Positions 1-13,250 of a stretch of 64,000 nucleotides of DNA are shown in pieces. The notes under the pieces were generated by a model. That model was not told the DNA's origin. It did no database searches and worked only from the letters and a program-made list of their open reading frames with translations. Location: the NCBI GenBank assembly GCA_003971905.1, contig RSEE01000037.1, forward strand, positions 558,001-622,000, read 5' to 3'. The stretch's first letter is position 1, and every line of letters begins with the position of its first letter. Origin of the DNA: Moniliella sp. 'wahieum' (Eukaryota). The position numbers and the translations under genes are program-made.

Positions 1-714
1 CACCGACGCCCACGACGGCTCGGGACGGCGCTTGCGCACCTTGATCGAGTACCCAGAGAAAGCGTGGGTAGGACAGGCCAAGTACGCGCTGCAAGGCCTA
101 GTGTACGAATACGACTGGACCCATCCAGGACCCGACAAGGTTGACGCCTTGGTGGATGGCGAGATGGCAGGCGAGACGTACTGGACCAAAGTCAAGCACG
201 TTCCCTCGGATCGCGTGGTCGCGACGTTGCAGGGTCAATGGAATGGGAAGGTCACCTTTACCTTGAAGGGTCAACAGGTTAGTACAGTTTTTTGTTTTTC
301 GTTTCTTTCCGTTTGCTCTTATTGGGGGGGTGGTCTCCTTCTCCTCCCCGCGACCCAAGTCGTAGTAGCTGACATGTATTGGTCCGTCGAAACAGGAATC
401 GCACCTACTAATCAACCTGCCCGACTTGGCTGTCACCCCCCAAGACTGTCCGGCCCATCGACGAGCAGGAGCCCATGGAATCCCGCCGCCTCTGGGCGGC
501 CGTCACCGACGCGATTCACAACAAACAGTACGCCCAGGCGACCGAGGCCAAGCACGCGATTGAGCAACAGCAGCGCCACCGCGCCGCCCAACGCCTGCAT
601 GCCAACCAACCGTTCACACCTCAATTTTTCCTTTCTGACTTCACCTCCGGCCGGCCGGTGCTGACGCCAGCCGGGAGGGAGGTGCTGGAGGCCATGTGCG
701 TTCGATCGGCGTGA
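1..714 (+). CDS. Oxysterol-binding protein (Osh6/Osh7-like), C-terminal part; 5' end outside the window; intron ~278-394
   Basis: VATLQGQWNGKV followed by RPIDEQEPMESRRLWAAVTDAIHNKQYAQATEAKHAIEQQQR...FTPQFF is the typical OSBP C-terminus. Intron signals: GTTAGT donor, GCTGAC branch point, CAG acceptor. Confidence 0.85.
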
Positions 715-1061
715 GCTGGACTAGGGGCTCGTACCCGCCTTCGCAGCCTCCGTATACCACCGGCAACTCTGACGCGTACCGATCTGCACCCCTCCCCCCC
801 GGGCTCCTTTCTATGGATGATACTGGACAGCCTTCGGTCCTGCAAGTAAATCACACTCCATCCGCAGGGCGGCTGCCTTCCTTGCTGGTCATTGGCCGCG
901 TCTCCGTGCGAGCAAAGCTGGTGTTCCATGTCAATACACCCACTAGATACCAACCTCCTTGCCCTAACCCTCCCTTTGCACTACTGGGCGTATACGAGCT
1001 ACATGAATCCCACGTTTCGTAAACCGAAGGCAAGTCGATTCGTAAACATAAACCAAGGCAC

Positions 1062-2234
1062 TCAGCCGAACATGTTGTTGCCCGCACCGCCTGCACCGCC
1101 TGCACCGCCCATACCACCGAGACCGCCCATACCACCCATCATGGACTGTGCCAGCTGCATCATCTGAGGGTCACGCATCAACTCTTGGATTTGAGAGAAG
1201 CTGGGGACAAAAAAAGATAAGGTGGGTCAGCACTTTCATAAACCTACACAGTCAAAAGCGCAAGGAGAAAAGGAGAAAACGTACTCGGGTGCACCACCGT
1301 TCTGGCCCATACGCTCGGCCATAGAGCGAACGGCAGGGTTGGACATGAGTTGCTGCAACGAACCATTTTGCATCATGTTGGCTGCCATCTGCTGCATTTG
1401 GGGGTTGTTCATCATCTCCGACAGACCGGACATGCCGCCGCCCAGTCCGCCCAGTCCGCCCAGACCAGCAAAAGGGTTGCCCCCGGCGCCGGCACCGGCG
1501 CCAGCAGGAGAAGCACCAGCCGCACGGTTGGCCGGTGCCACGTCGGACGTATCGGCGGCCTGCTTCTTAGCCGACTCGAGACCCGCCTGCATCACCTTGC
1601 TCGTCGGGTCGAGTTCAATGCCCTTCTCGTAGGCTGTCACCGCTTCGGAGTACTTGCCCAGGCTGAACAGCGCATGGCCCATGCGCGAGTAAGCCTTGCT
1701 GAAGCTCGGGTCGAGCTCGAGGGCCTTGTTGGCATCCTCGACGGCACTCTCGTGCGCGCCCGCTTGGCTGTACGCCGCCGCACGGTTGGAGAAGTACACG
1801 GGCGAAGTGGCATCGAGCTTGATGGCCTTGGTGTACGCGGCAATCGCCGCGCCATAGTCCTTGGCCGACATGGCCTTGTTGCCCTCGGCCTTGAGCTTGT
1901 CGGCCGCGGCCTTGTCCTCGGCCGAGGGGGCGGTGCCCTCGGCAGAAGCAGCAGCGGCGGGAGCAGGGGCAGACGCAGACGCCGACGTGGAGGCCGCAGG
2001 CGCCGGAGCAGGCGCAGACGACGACGCGGCCGCGGCAGCTGGGGCCTTGTTCTGGGTCTTGAGGAACACGTTCCACACCGCCTCGAGGCCCGGGGCGGGC
2101 GGGGCGGCGAGCTCAGCGTCGGTGAGAGCGGCGCGCGAGGCAATCAGATCAGCAGCCTGGGCGTACTTGTCGTCGGCGCCGGTGCTCTGGGCACGCAGGT
2201 ACGCAACAATGGCGGTGGGGAGCGAGGTGGACAT
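1062..2234 (-). CDS. SGT2: SGT2/SGTA TPR co-chaperone of the GET pathway; intron ~1201-1284
   Basis: N-terminal dimerisation-like segment (AIVAYL), three TPRs (ADKLKAEGNKAM...YFSNRAAAYS...YSKAYSR-like FSKAYSRMGHA), and an M/Q/N-rich STI1-like tail (MMNNPQMQQMAANMM). Exon 2 ends GNNMFG* at 1062. Confidence 0.9.
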
Positions 2235-2583
2235 GGAGGTGGTGGGGGCAGCAAGGCAGGCCACGTGCAGGGGGGCGGAGACCACCAGGTACGAGGTACT
2301 AGTTACCTCCTGGGCGCGCGGAAGGCAGCCGAAGGCAGCCCCGCCACCCGAACGGCAAACCCGCCTGCTTCCAGCCGCTTCGGCCTCCACGTGGCCGCCC
2401 CCGTGTGCATCTGAAATGTTCACGGCCCTGCGCTTCTGCACGTGCCGTCGGGCTGCCTCTCTAATCCCTTCGCAGCAGATCGGACGATCTGATCCCCACT
2501 GGGCTACCTATCTATGGCGGGCGCCTGGGGTCGTGTATGAGGGCAAATGGCATGCATGTTCCTCGCCGCGTGTCGCAGCGCCG

Positions 2584-3742
2584 CTACTTGGTCCGCTTGT
2601 ACACCTTGTGCAGGAACACGGTGAACACCGCCGGCTTGAGCACCGGCGTGGCCGACGGCGCATCGGGGAACTGCTGGATCAGCCCCGTAATCTTGTCGTA
2701 CGACGCCTGCTCGTACGCCTCAAACTTGGCCTTGACATCCACATTCGCCGCGGTGAACACTGCCTTGACCTTGGCCTCTGCCGCCGCGTCTTTCCGCCCA
2801 TAGTTGGCGTCCAGCACCGCACGCTGCTCGGGCGTGGCGTGGGCCAGGGCGGTGTTGATGACCCAGGAACACTTGTTGTCCTGGATGTCCGTCCCAATCT
2901 TGCCCAGCACTTCGGGCGGAGCGTACGCATCCAAGTAGTCGTCCTGCACCTGGAAGTACTCCCCCAGCGGCAGCAGGATCTCCAGCGCCGCCTTGTACTG
3001 CGCCTCGTCCTGCACCCCAGCCAGGCGCGCGCGAGCGCAACCGGAAGGTAGAACGAGTAGAACGCCGTCTTGTACACCACGATCAGATGGTGCCTAACTC
3101 CGTGTCAGCACACACACCGCCATAGCACAGGAAAAAAACAAAGGGGGAGAGTGGGGCGGGGCGGAGGGGGACGCACTTGTGCAGACTAAACTTGTCCAGG
3201 TCCACATGGTCTTCGGGTGCGGTGAGCAGATCGATGAGCTGGCCCAGTTCCGTTTGGAACGTCACATCATGGAACAGTTCGAGGAAATCAACATAGGCGG
3301 CGTGCTGGCGGAAATGCTTCTTGAGCAAAAAGTAGATCGCACCCTCGAGCATAAACGCATCGTTGATCGCAATCTCGCCGACCTTGTCGACGCGGTACCA
3401 GCACGGCTGGCCGCGCCGCGTGACCGATTTGTCCATCATGTCATCCGCCACGAGGAAGTAGGCCTGGAGCAACTCAATGCACCACCCCAGGATGGCCGCG
3501 GGCGTGTACTCCGCTTCGGGCAGGTCCAGCGCCGACGCACGGCCGGTAATGATCGCATACGTGTCCACCACACTCAGGCCCCGGTTGAGCTTGCCGCCAG
3601 GCGTGTTGTAGTTGAGGTTGTCCTCAAACCAGCTGATCGCCGTCTCGGGGAACCCTTGAGCGCGCACGTACTCGCTCAACTCCTTCACCAGCGTGGGGAA
3701 CACGGCCTCAAACCGCGCACGTACAGCTGCCTTGTCTGCCAT
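2584..3742 (-). CDS. ERG20: Farnesyl diphosphate synthase; intron ~3095-3176, apparent frameshift near 3020
   Basis: Motifs [15 protein letters not shown] (FARM), [34 protein letters not shown] (SARM), [14 protein letters not shown] and C-terminal KVYKRTK. Confidence 0.95.
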
Positions 3743-4264
3743 CTTGTTTGCTACGACCGCGCTTGCGAGGGCGGGGGCGAGAGTGAGGTGGCGATGGGGG
3801 TGGTGGTGGTAGGCCAGGTGGCAGGCGCCACGCGCCGCGCAATGAGCACATCCCGCCACACTGCCCCCTGCCACACCCGCCGCCGATCTTCCACCTTGGC
3901 CGCTACACCTTCCGCTCGCGCTCCGCGCCATTTCCGCCCCCGCCCCCCACCCTTGCGCCTGGGCTGCTGCGGTGGTCACGGGATCTATGTATAGGCCAAC
4001 GCTGTCTCCTTGCTCGTGTCCAGGCCAAGCATCCTACCCTGGCGACGCTGCCGGCGGGGCCATCCGAGTTCATTAATCATTCCCTTCGCGGAACGAGGCA
4101 AGGGCCAAGTGGTCCTCCCAAGGAACTTTGAAATCACCACATCATTGGATTGAAAAGAAGGAAGAGAGTGGGTCAGAGGGTGTCGTAACGGCACGCAGGA
4201 CGAAGAGTCGCCTTGCGGCAGCTTGCACCTAGCGGGATGTTGTGTCTGCTCCCTGATGAGGCAC

Positions 4265-5207
4265 TTAGATCACAATCTTCTTCTTCCTCGACTTCTTTTC
4301 CGAGTCGTCGTGGCTCTGGAACTCGACCTCGGTGCCGTAGTGGTTGGAAACCAGGCGTTCGTCAAAGGAGGTATCGAGACAGTGGACTTTAAAGTTGCGT
4401 CCAATGTCCATCAACTTGTCTCCCATCTTGCCCTCTACCGCCTCCTCCTCCTCCTCCGACAGTGCACGCCGCGTCCAGATCGCAATCCGGTAAAACTGCG
4501 GTCGAGCAGCCAGCAGAACGCCCGTCACCAACGACTCTTCCCCGGCCGCGCGTTCCTGGTCCAGCGATGGCACAGCACGCTCCCCGGGGGGGTAGGGTAC
4601 CTCGAGCGTTTCCCCAATCGCAGCCAACATGGTGTGAAGCCAATACCGGTCCACGTTCGGACCATGTTTCTTATCGCCGCGGCTGAACTGGAAACTCCAC
4701 TTGCCGCCCTTCTCGTTGGCCGGGTCTTCCCACATAGGCTTGATGTTGTCTTTGAACAGGTAGTAGTTGGCCTTTGGAGGAAGCGAGGACGCAGGCACAA
4801 TGTTGTTGTACAGTCTGGCAAGGGGAGCAGAGGGGAAAAGCGTTAGTGGGAGATCGAGGACCGCCACAAGGGCGGAGGGGGGGGAGGCGAGGGACAGACG
4901 AAGGACAAACGACCTACCCCCAAAACTCCTCGACAGTGTCGATATCCACCACACGGTTCAGCCCTTCGCCCCAATTGTTCCTGGTGGACTTGGAGAGGTG
5001 GCCCTGCTGGGTGGGGTTGTCGAACCAGAGCGTCCAGCGCGACGCGAGCGGATGCTTGCCCTCGCTGTCGGGCTCAGCAAAGGCAGGGGCGCCCTCGGCA
5101 CCCTGGGCACCAGTCGCCTGGTCGCTTCCGAGAGGAGCCGACTTGACAGCGGCAAGCGCCTCCTTGGACGCCTGCACCACCGCAGCGGGCGCGTGAATGT
5201 CGGTCAT
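4265..5207 (-). CDS. Translation initiation factor eIF4E; intron ~4815-4917
   Basis: Motifs HPLASRWTLWFD, VEEFW, LYNNI, YYLFKDNIKPMWEDPANEKGGKW, AAIGE and RIAIW carry the conserved Trp pattern of eIF4E. Confidence 0.93.
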
Positions 5208-6974
5208 GGAGCGCGGAAATCAACGGCGGATGGTGGAGCCCAGAGCGAATGGCATCACAGCTTCGACAGAGGTCTGTGCACCCGACCAACCCTAGCCCCC
5301 GCGCTGGGGAATGGGTAGGGGGGGGGTAGGGGTAGGGTTGGTAATTCCACCGGCCCAAGCCAGCGCAACACTGGCCGTGTGCGGCTCCATGATGCGCTCA
5401 CCTCCATTCCGCCGCTTGAAGCGTGAAGCTTGACGTGGGCTCACCGGTGCTCGCGGGAGCGCCGCTCAAATGGGGCAATCCAGCGGGAGGCCTTCGATCC
5501 TCCACTCGAAGCGTACCGTTCATCAAGTTCAGTCATTAATCATTGCTCTCCTGCTCAGGCGGATGCGTTTGGTCACGGCCCAGGCAGGACAGCCAGTCCG
5601 CCAAGCCTGGGCAGGCATAGCAGCACCTGGGAGCCCCCGCGCAGCCCAGCTGCACTATCCGTTTCCGTCCCTCTGCGACACACAGGCATTGCCAGGATGG
5701 CCTTCCGCTCGCCATCACCCAAGTCGTCCCCACCGTGCCCTCATACAGCGCGGCAGGGGAGAGAGCGTCATGCGCATCGCGGGAATGAGGGCGGTGAACC
5801 GTACGGGTACAGGTGGCGCAGGCCTCCCTTCCAGCCGATATCGGTTGCACATCATCCCGCTCTCCACCCCGCCCCTCTCGCCCACATCTCCGCCTTGGCG
5901 CGCCCACCCACGCACACAAGCCATTTTGGTCCATTTTAGCCATCCATCATCTCCGCCACCCAGTACGTGAGTCAGATGCCCAGCAGGCGGTGTGCGAACT
6001 ACTCCGTCGGATTGCTCCCTGACACCCCATGAGTCAGCCACCCAGACCGCACATGATATTCCGGCGAGGGGGGAGGGAAGTGGAGCCCAACTCACGGATA
6101 TATCCTGCAACCTGATCAGAGGCCCTTCTGGCCTGAAGTTTTATGTCGAGGCCACGCATCCCCTGTAGCTCGTGGACGAAAGCTATATGATTGGGCTCCA
6201 CCCGCAACAGGCGCTCCTTGCCCGTTTAACGAACTTGAGTCATCCAGCCTCTTGTCGTGGGGTCTCAAAAATGGAGAGCGCGTCATCGACAGTTCTCGTT
6301 GAAGATTCGTGTGCGGTTTGCCATGCGCCAGATCAAGCATCGCCAATCCATCAAGTGCGCTCTGGCGACCAAACCAAATGTGTTTCCACGGTACATTTGT
6401 TTGTTCTACATCTTCTTTCCCCCTCGTTGTGCGGCCGGCGATCTGAATCGACGGTAGCACACAGAAGAAGTATGAACCGTCAATCCAACGTACACCCATC
6501 GCAGCATCATGTTGTGGATGATCTAGTTCGCAAACAAAACAAGTCTGCTTGAGCGCGCGCACAAAAAGGAATGACCATCCCATCATTTGCGCCATGCATC
6601 ATTACGGATTGTCCAATTTCTGTGGGGCACGCAGCTAGAGTTGCGGATGCCCGTGAGAGCACCGACAGGACCGAGAAGGGTGAGGTCTGAGTGGGAGAGG
6701 GGACTTTTTGTACTGTCCAATTCGACCAGCTCATACTACCTTCTCGGTCCACGAAAGCTATTTTGAGTAGATCCGCTGCAGCTCATGTTCATGAGCGTAC
6801 TGGGATTGTTGTCTCTGCTGGATGCGACTCAGGGCATTACTGTGTACGGTCTGTTTTGATTCGGGAGAGATAGAGGGAAAAGATACCAGTCCCCACGCAA
6901 TGAAGTTATGCTTTCGGGCGACCTACCAGCACATGTGCACATGGACCTAGTCGACTTAGCATCGAGCTCGACTG

Positions 6975-7190
6975 TGACGCCACTCTGGTGTACTAGTGGC
7001 GCCGGTAGGCCAAGCCCGGAACCTTCAGGTTCATTCCTTGCACCAATCTTCTTTCCTGGCGCACAGGAATATTCTCTAGCCTCTATAGCTCATGTGCAAT
7101 GTAATACACCATCAAACACCTGCTCTCTCGTCTTCTACTGGACCACCCGCCATGTATCCGACGGCGAGGCAAGTACCCATCTAGTAGAAA
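6975..7190 (+). repeat. Diverged dispersed repeat, copy A (inverted relative to 12958-13250)
   Basis: GACGCCACTCTGGTG..AGTGGCGCCGG..CCGGAACCTTCAGGTTCATTCCTTGCA..GGAATATTC..CATGTGCAATG..ACCTGCTCTCTC aligns with the reverse complement of copy B. Confidence 0.75.
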
Positions 7191-9353
7191 GATAACGGAT
7201 AACCCGCGTTATCGATCCCATCAATCGTATCCCTTCTCCCCTGCGCTCATCCCGCAGTGTCAGGGATTTGACGAGCATGCGTACGACTATCGTCAGTTCA
7301 TCCACAGCACGCGACTGTCCTGGCTTTTTTCCGGTTACCGGGTCCCGGTCCCGGTTACCAGTCTGTAAGTTTTGAGCGTTCCCGGTTACCGGTTACCCCG
7401 CTACAACGATCAACGTATCGTTTCTCCCGACCCAAGGGGGAAAAGAGACGTTCCTAAAAGGAGTGTGATGCGGTGACTAACCCCTGCATCTCGAGGTCAC
7501 ACTCTTATAGTAGTCACCACTATATCTATAGGAGACGATTCAATTGACTATATCGACTAGTGACTATAGTTACTGCTACTAAGTACTAACTATCTGTGTT
7601 CTGTGTGTTTGCGTTATTGGTTACTAGTTACTAGTTACTCCCCTCCCCCCCCCGCTTCTTCACCGAACCCAAGAGAGGGGGTGGTGTCGAAACGAGGGTG
7701 ACGAACGACGAAAAAGTTCAGCGTTCAGTTGAGTTGACCGTTCGGTGAACTTGAACGTTGGTACGTTGAACGTGAGCACGTGAGCCAAGGAATGGGAAAG
7801 CCGGGAATGCATCCTGCGAAACGCACAACGCGCAAGGGAGGAACAGGTCATGGGTCATGTTGTTGGTGGTGGTGTGCGACAAGGCCCACCGAGACGGTTC
7901 GACGTTGTTCGGTGCCGCTTGCCATCCGGGTGAAGACGCGCGGGCGTTGCATAAGCTGCTGGCTGCCTCCGGCCGTTGCATGTTACAGGCAAAGGAACAT
8001 GCCCGACTGGTTTGGACTGGGACGTGGTGACGTGGTGACATGCATGTGACCAGGCGACAGTGGATTTGTGGATGGGTCGATGGGCATGCAACGGGGGATG
8101 CCGCGGCAGGAAAAAAACGGCGGTAATGGAGGTGATCGGGTGATCGGTAACCGTACCCGATCCTCCGCGCAACCGTAGACCGAACGCGCCGGTTCGGCAT
8201 CCAGGACGCCGCGGCGGCACTGCCGGCACGCCAGGCACGCCCTGCAGCCACGGCCTGAAGAGTGAACGTTTGGCAAGCAGATCCGGACATGATCCGGACA
8301 TTAGCAGATTGGCATGGATGTTGAGTTGATGCGTGACACTGCATGCGACGTTGAACAGTTGAGCGTGATTTTAAACGTTCAACGTGGATGCGTTGCCGTG
8401 GTGCACTAGTCAATGGATGCTGGATGGCCAGTGGGCGCAGAGGGGGTGGGCCTCTGGATCTGCGATCGGACAGGATGCAGGATGCAGGACCGAGGACGCT
8501 GGATGCGTCAGCTTAGCGCTTGCCTGGGCTTGGCGCTTGGATGGCTTGGCGTTGTGGCTGCCGCCGTGGCTGGCGCTGGGCCAGGGCCAGCTGCTGGAGG
8601 AACAGGGTGGGATCCGCGGACATGGACGGCGTTAAGGGGGTAGACACGTGACGCGTGACACGTGACGCGTGCGCCGAGAGTGGGTGGGGCTGCGGTGCTG
8701 CGTGCTGCGGCTGCGGCTGCGCGCCGCGGCTGCGAGCTGCACGGCACAGCAGATGCTCATCCATCGGCCATACCCTGCATACCGTGCCCACCACAGCGCA
8801 TGCCAGCATGTCAGGCATGATGCATGATGTATGTATATGATGTGACGGGGCATGTGACGGCCACCTGTCCCCCGTTTCCAAGTCACGCGTCATGCGTCCG
8901 CCCGGCCAGCGCGCCCGACGCCACACGGGCTGCCGCCTGGGAGCGCAGTATGTTAGCTAAGCGCCACGCCCCGGAGCACCCACCAAGGTTGCAAGCCAGC
9001 CGTCGGACCTAGCAACTGGTGCCTGCTTGCGCCGCGCCCTCGCGTCGGGCAGCCTCGGCTGAAAAAGATGCGCTGCACCGGGCCAGTGTCCCGCCAGCGT
9101 CGTTTGCCCAGCGTCGTCCGGCCACCGCGGAGGGGGGGCAGGCGGAGCAGCAGCCCGCAGTCGCAGCCCGCAGCACCGCTCGCGTGCAAGCAGCCGCGGA
9201 GCGCTCGGCATCTTTCTTGCCAGCCTGGTAACGAGGGCCTAGTACTAGTACCTCGTAACTACTCACTCGGCGTCGCCTGCGCAGCCACCGCCATCAGCCA
9301 TCCTCCATCCCTTCTCCTCTTCTCTTCTCTTCTGCCCCCCACCCCCACCACCA

Positions 9354-11930
9354 TGCCCGACGTCAGCGACACCTCCTACGACCCCCCCGCCGGCCCCCTT
9401 GCCCGCGCCGTCGCCCATGGCATCGCCCGCCTCACCCAGGCCGTCCAGCCTGCCCCGCGCCACTTTGGCTGGCACCCGCCCGCGCCCCAGGTCGCCGCGT
9501 ATGCGCGCGAGTATGCTGCCTGCTGCCAGTCCTACGCCGCACCCAGCCTCCACCGCTTCACCTCCTCCCACTCCTCTCTCTCCAGCACCTCCCCCTCCCT
9601 CCTCTCCCAGTCCGACGCCGATCACAGCCACCGCCATCCCCACGACGACGACGACAGCGCCGACGACGACAGCGGCCACGCTGCCACCCCGGACCCAGCC
9701 CCGCGCCGTCCCCCTCCACTCCCCTCTGCTCATCCACCCCTGCTTGCGCTGCCCTCCCCCCACCACTGCCACCCCCGCGTCCGCTGCCAAGCAAGCTGCC
9801 GGTCCCAACCAACTCACCCTCACCCTCTCCCCGGAGCAGTCCCCGATTCAGTCCCCGGTGCAGTCCTCAGTGCAGTCCCCATCCATCCCCACCCCGCCCC
9901 CCTTGGCGCGCCCGCGTGTGCCGCTCATGACTCGCATTGCCTCCTGGTCCGCGCGCGCTCGCCCACACCCCCTGTCCCCCACACCCGTGCCTCCACTGCG
10001 CCGGCCGACCAGCCCAAGCGCAAACCGCCCTGGGAGTCTCGGGGCCTCCTTCTACCCCTTTGCTCCCCTGCCCTCCCGTCTCGGTCCAACTCATGTTCTC
10101 CCTCCCTGCGTGCCAAGCCAGCCGCCTCGCTTTTCCCCCAGCCCCTGTGGCCGCAGCTCGGCTGAACCAGCCACCAGCCCCAAGCGCGTCAAGGTGGTTG
10201 TACGGCACAAGCCCACTGTGCGGGGCGAGTACCCTTACTTTCTTGGCCAACAGTTTGTTGTTGGCACCCAACCAGCCCGCCCTTTGCCTACCCCCGCCGT
10301 GCCCCCCGTGCAGGCTTTGGGATCTCACGCCGTCTCCTCTATCGCCACTGCGCTCGAGTCCATCAGCAGCGGGGCCCGCCACCGCCTTGTCTCGGTCTCC
10401 GATTCCTCCGAGCCCATTTTCCCGCCGTCTCTCTCTCTCCGCCATTCGCCGTTCCATCCAGATCCGTGCTCCCTCGCTGTCGCCCCCGATGGCACCGGTC
10501 GCATCGTCTCTCCTTCCCTTCCTCCTCCGCCTCCGCCTTTGCCTCCGCCTCCGCCCCCGCAGCACCAACGGTAGCCAGCCCGCCTCCTGCACCAGGCCTG
10601 CGCAAACGTCCGACGTGGGCCATGCGGTGGTCGCTGGATGGGCGGTACGTTGCAAGGCCGGAAGATGGGACGGTGTACATTTACGACCGTCAAGGGCGCG
10701 GTGGAGCCCGAGGTGCTTGCGCTGGGCCTCCCAGCTCGGATCCGGCCTCGTCACTGCCCGGCCTTCTGCCCCACGATGCACTGAGTGTGTTGCACCCCCA
10801 CCCTGTGCGGCCGTGCGCGAGCACACGGGCGCCATCCTCGACCTAGCATGGAGCAAGAACGGTTCTTGGCGTCGTGCTCGTTGACCGGACCGTGCGCCTG
10901 TGGCATCCCAAAGCGGCGCGGTGTCTCGCGTGTTTACGCATGCCGACTTGGTTGCCGGCGTCACCTTCCACCCCAAGACGAGCGGTTTCTGTTGTCGGCC
11001 TCGCTGACGGCAGGATGGTGATCTGGACATCCCTGCTCGCCAGTACACTATTCCGCCAAAGTGCCCGGTCTTCCTACGGCCGTCTCGTTCAGTGCGTCGG
11101 GGCAGACGTACTGGTGGGCACGTTGAGGGCAACGTGCACCTATATCGGACGGAGAAGTTGCAAGTCGTCAGCTCGGACCGCGTGGCCCGGGGCAAAGTCA
11201 CGGGCACGAGCCGCTCGGCCCCGATACCGTTTTGATCAGTGCCAACGATTCCCGTATCCGGGTGTGGGACTACGCGGTCGTCGTCTTGCTGCCCCCCGAA
11301 CTGCGCTCCAGCATGTACCACAAACCAAACCCCCAAATTCGCGCAGCCTGCCGCCCGATGGCCGCGTGGCCGTCTCGGGCTCCGAGGACGGCAAAGTGTT
11401 CCTATTTGACCTGCCGCCGCTACGCGCCTTCCTCTGCCTCGCCCGGGCCCGAAGACAAGGACAAGACAAGACAAAGCCCCGACAAAGAGCGAGACAGTGG
11501 CTGCAAACGAAAAACGCCAACCGAACCGCCGTATGCGATGTGGACCGCGTCCGCGACCAAGGCAGCCATCAAGTTGCCGCCATGGCGCCACTCAGCACGT
11601 CCGACTGGCTCCGCGCGCTGGCGACCCGGTCCTTGCGCCGGCCGCATCGTGCTCACCGCCGATGCGGAGGGCAGTTGCGTGTGTGGCGCGCCGAGCGGTG
11701 CGGACGCAGAGGGCCAGGCAAGTCTGCCCCGCCCGACCACGTCTTGCCTACAGGCTCGTCCGCCGGCGCCCAGGGCGAGGGCGCGCGCCAACTCGGTCGC
11801 CGCCCCGTCTCTTCCCCCATCGTCGGTGGCGGCGGCACCGCGCCGGCGCTCACTGCGTCCCCTGTCTTGCTGCGTCTCCCTTGGTCCGCCAAGCGCGAGA
11901 GCTGCTGGAGTGATGTGTACTTCCCTCGCT
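9354..11930 (+). CDS. WD40-repeat protein, WDR44/DGR2(YMR102C)-like, with low-complexity N-terminus; many frameshifts, ends approximate
   Basis: Pieces across frames: [86 protein letters not shown]. Confidence 0.8.
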
Positions 11931-12957
11931 TGGTGGTTTGTTGCCTGCCTCCCCTCCCGGTCCCGATTCCTCTCCTGTTTTGGGTTCTGTTTCTTTTGGC
12001 CTTGGCTTTGGCTTTTGCTCGGCGCTCCGCGGCCGGGTTCTGGCTACCCCATTGCCCGCCACGTTCGTCGTGTCGGATCGTGTGCCAAGGACCGGACGCC
12101 ATTGATCGTTGAACGGACAGGCTCGGTAGTCGGCAAGGCTCGCCCTGGGTCGCTTTCCCGCCCTCTTGTCCCTTGTCATGTTGCCACTTTCACTTGTCAT
12201 TTGGCACCGATCCACTCTACTTATCTCCCCTCTCACTTCTCACCTCTCATCTGTCATTTCTCATTTCTCCTCACCTCTCACTCTCCGACTTTCTTTCATC
12301 CACTTGCTTGTTCCTCCCTGGCATCACTGCTCTTGTCTGCTCTGCTGCACGCACGCACTCGGTAACGGGATACGGCGTACGTACCCCGGCGCCCTTCCCT
12401 CGCCCTCCCCTCGGTCTTCCCCTCGGTCTCCTCCCTCGGTCTCTCCCTGGGCCCCTGTATCGGTCCTGCCTCGGTCCCCCTCGGCCCCGCACTACCAACT
12501 ACCAATGTATTTTGCTGCCATACACTCTCCTGAATTGAATTCAGCTGTAGCTACGCTACCACGCTGAGGCCGATTGCACGTGTAAGGCAAGATAGGAAAC
12601 AGCTAGCGATAGCTTCTTGTAAGCTCCTCCATCCTGCATCCTGACGCTAGTCCCACCTTAGCTTGAGTGCAGCAGGGAGAACAAGGAGGGGAACGAGGCG
12701 CGACGGTACCCAATCCCGAGCGCGCGTCGCGGACCTCTGATGCATCACATGTCACACCAAGTGGTGACATGCATGTCACAGGCATCACATGCCACCACAC
12801 TCCCACCGAGGAGGGTCGAGCCACGTGACATGCCCCCCAACCATTAACGTTTAACCAACCCATCCAACTGTGCCGGGGTCCCCCCCAAACCACCTCGAGC
12901 CTGGTCTAGGCCCGCGATCCTTACTCAGTACTCATTGGGCGCGGTCGCGGCGCCCAC

Positions 12958-13250
12958 CCTACTAGTACTGTACTCGTCCTCTCTCGATCGGTTAAAGACC
13001 AGAGAGAGCAGGTTGTTGATGGGGTGCATTGCACATGCGCTCCAGAGACTAGAGCATTGTGGGAGGCGAGCAACGCAGGGGGGCAGACGGGGGTGGGGGA
13101 TGCAATCAGGGCGAGGCAGCCTGGGCGCAACAGAGGCGGAACGGGGCCGCGCAATTGAATATTCCGGCGCGCCAAAGAAGAATATTGCAAGGAAGGAACC
13201 CGAAGGTTCCGGTGGGCTGCCGGCGCCACTGCACCAGTGTGGCGTCCCAC
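12958..13250 (-). repeat. Diverged dispersed repeat, copy B (about 100 bp longer internally than copy A)
   Basis: The reverse complement reads GACGCCACACTGGTGCAGTGGCGCCGG..CCGGAACCTTCGGGTTCCTTCCTTGCA..GGAATATTC..CATGTGCAATG..ACCTGCTCTCTC. Confidence 0.75.
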
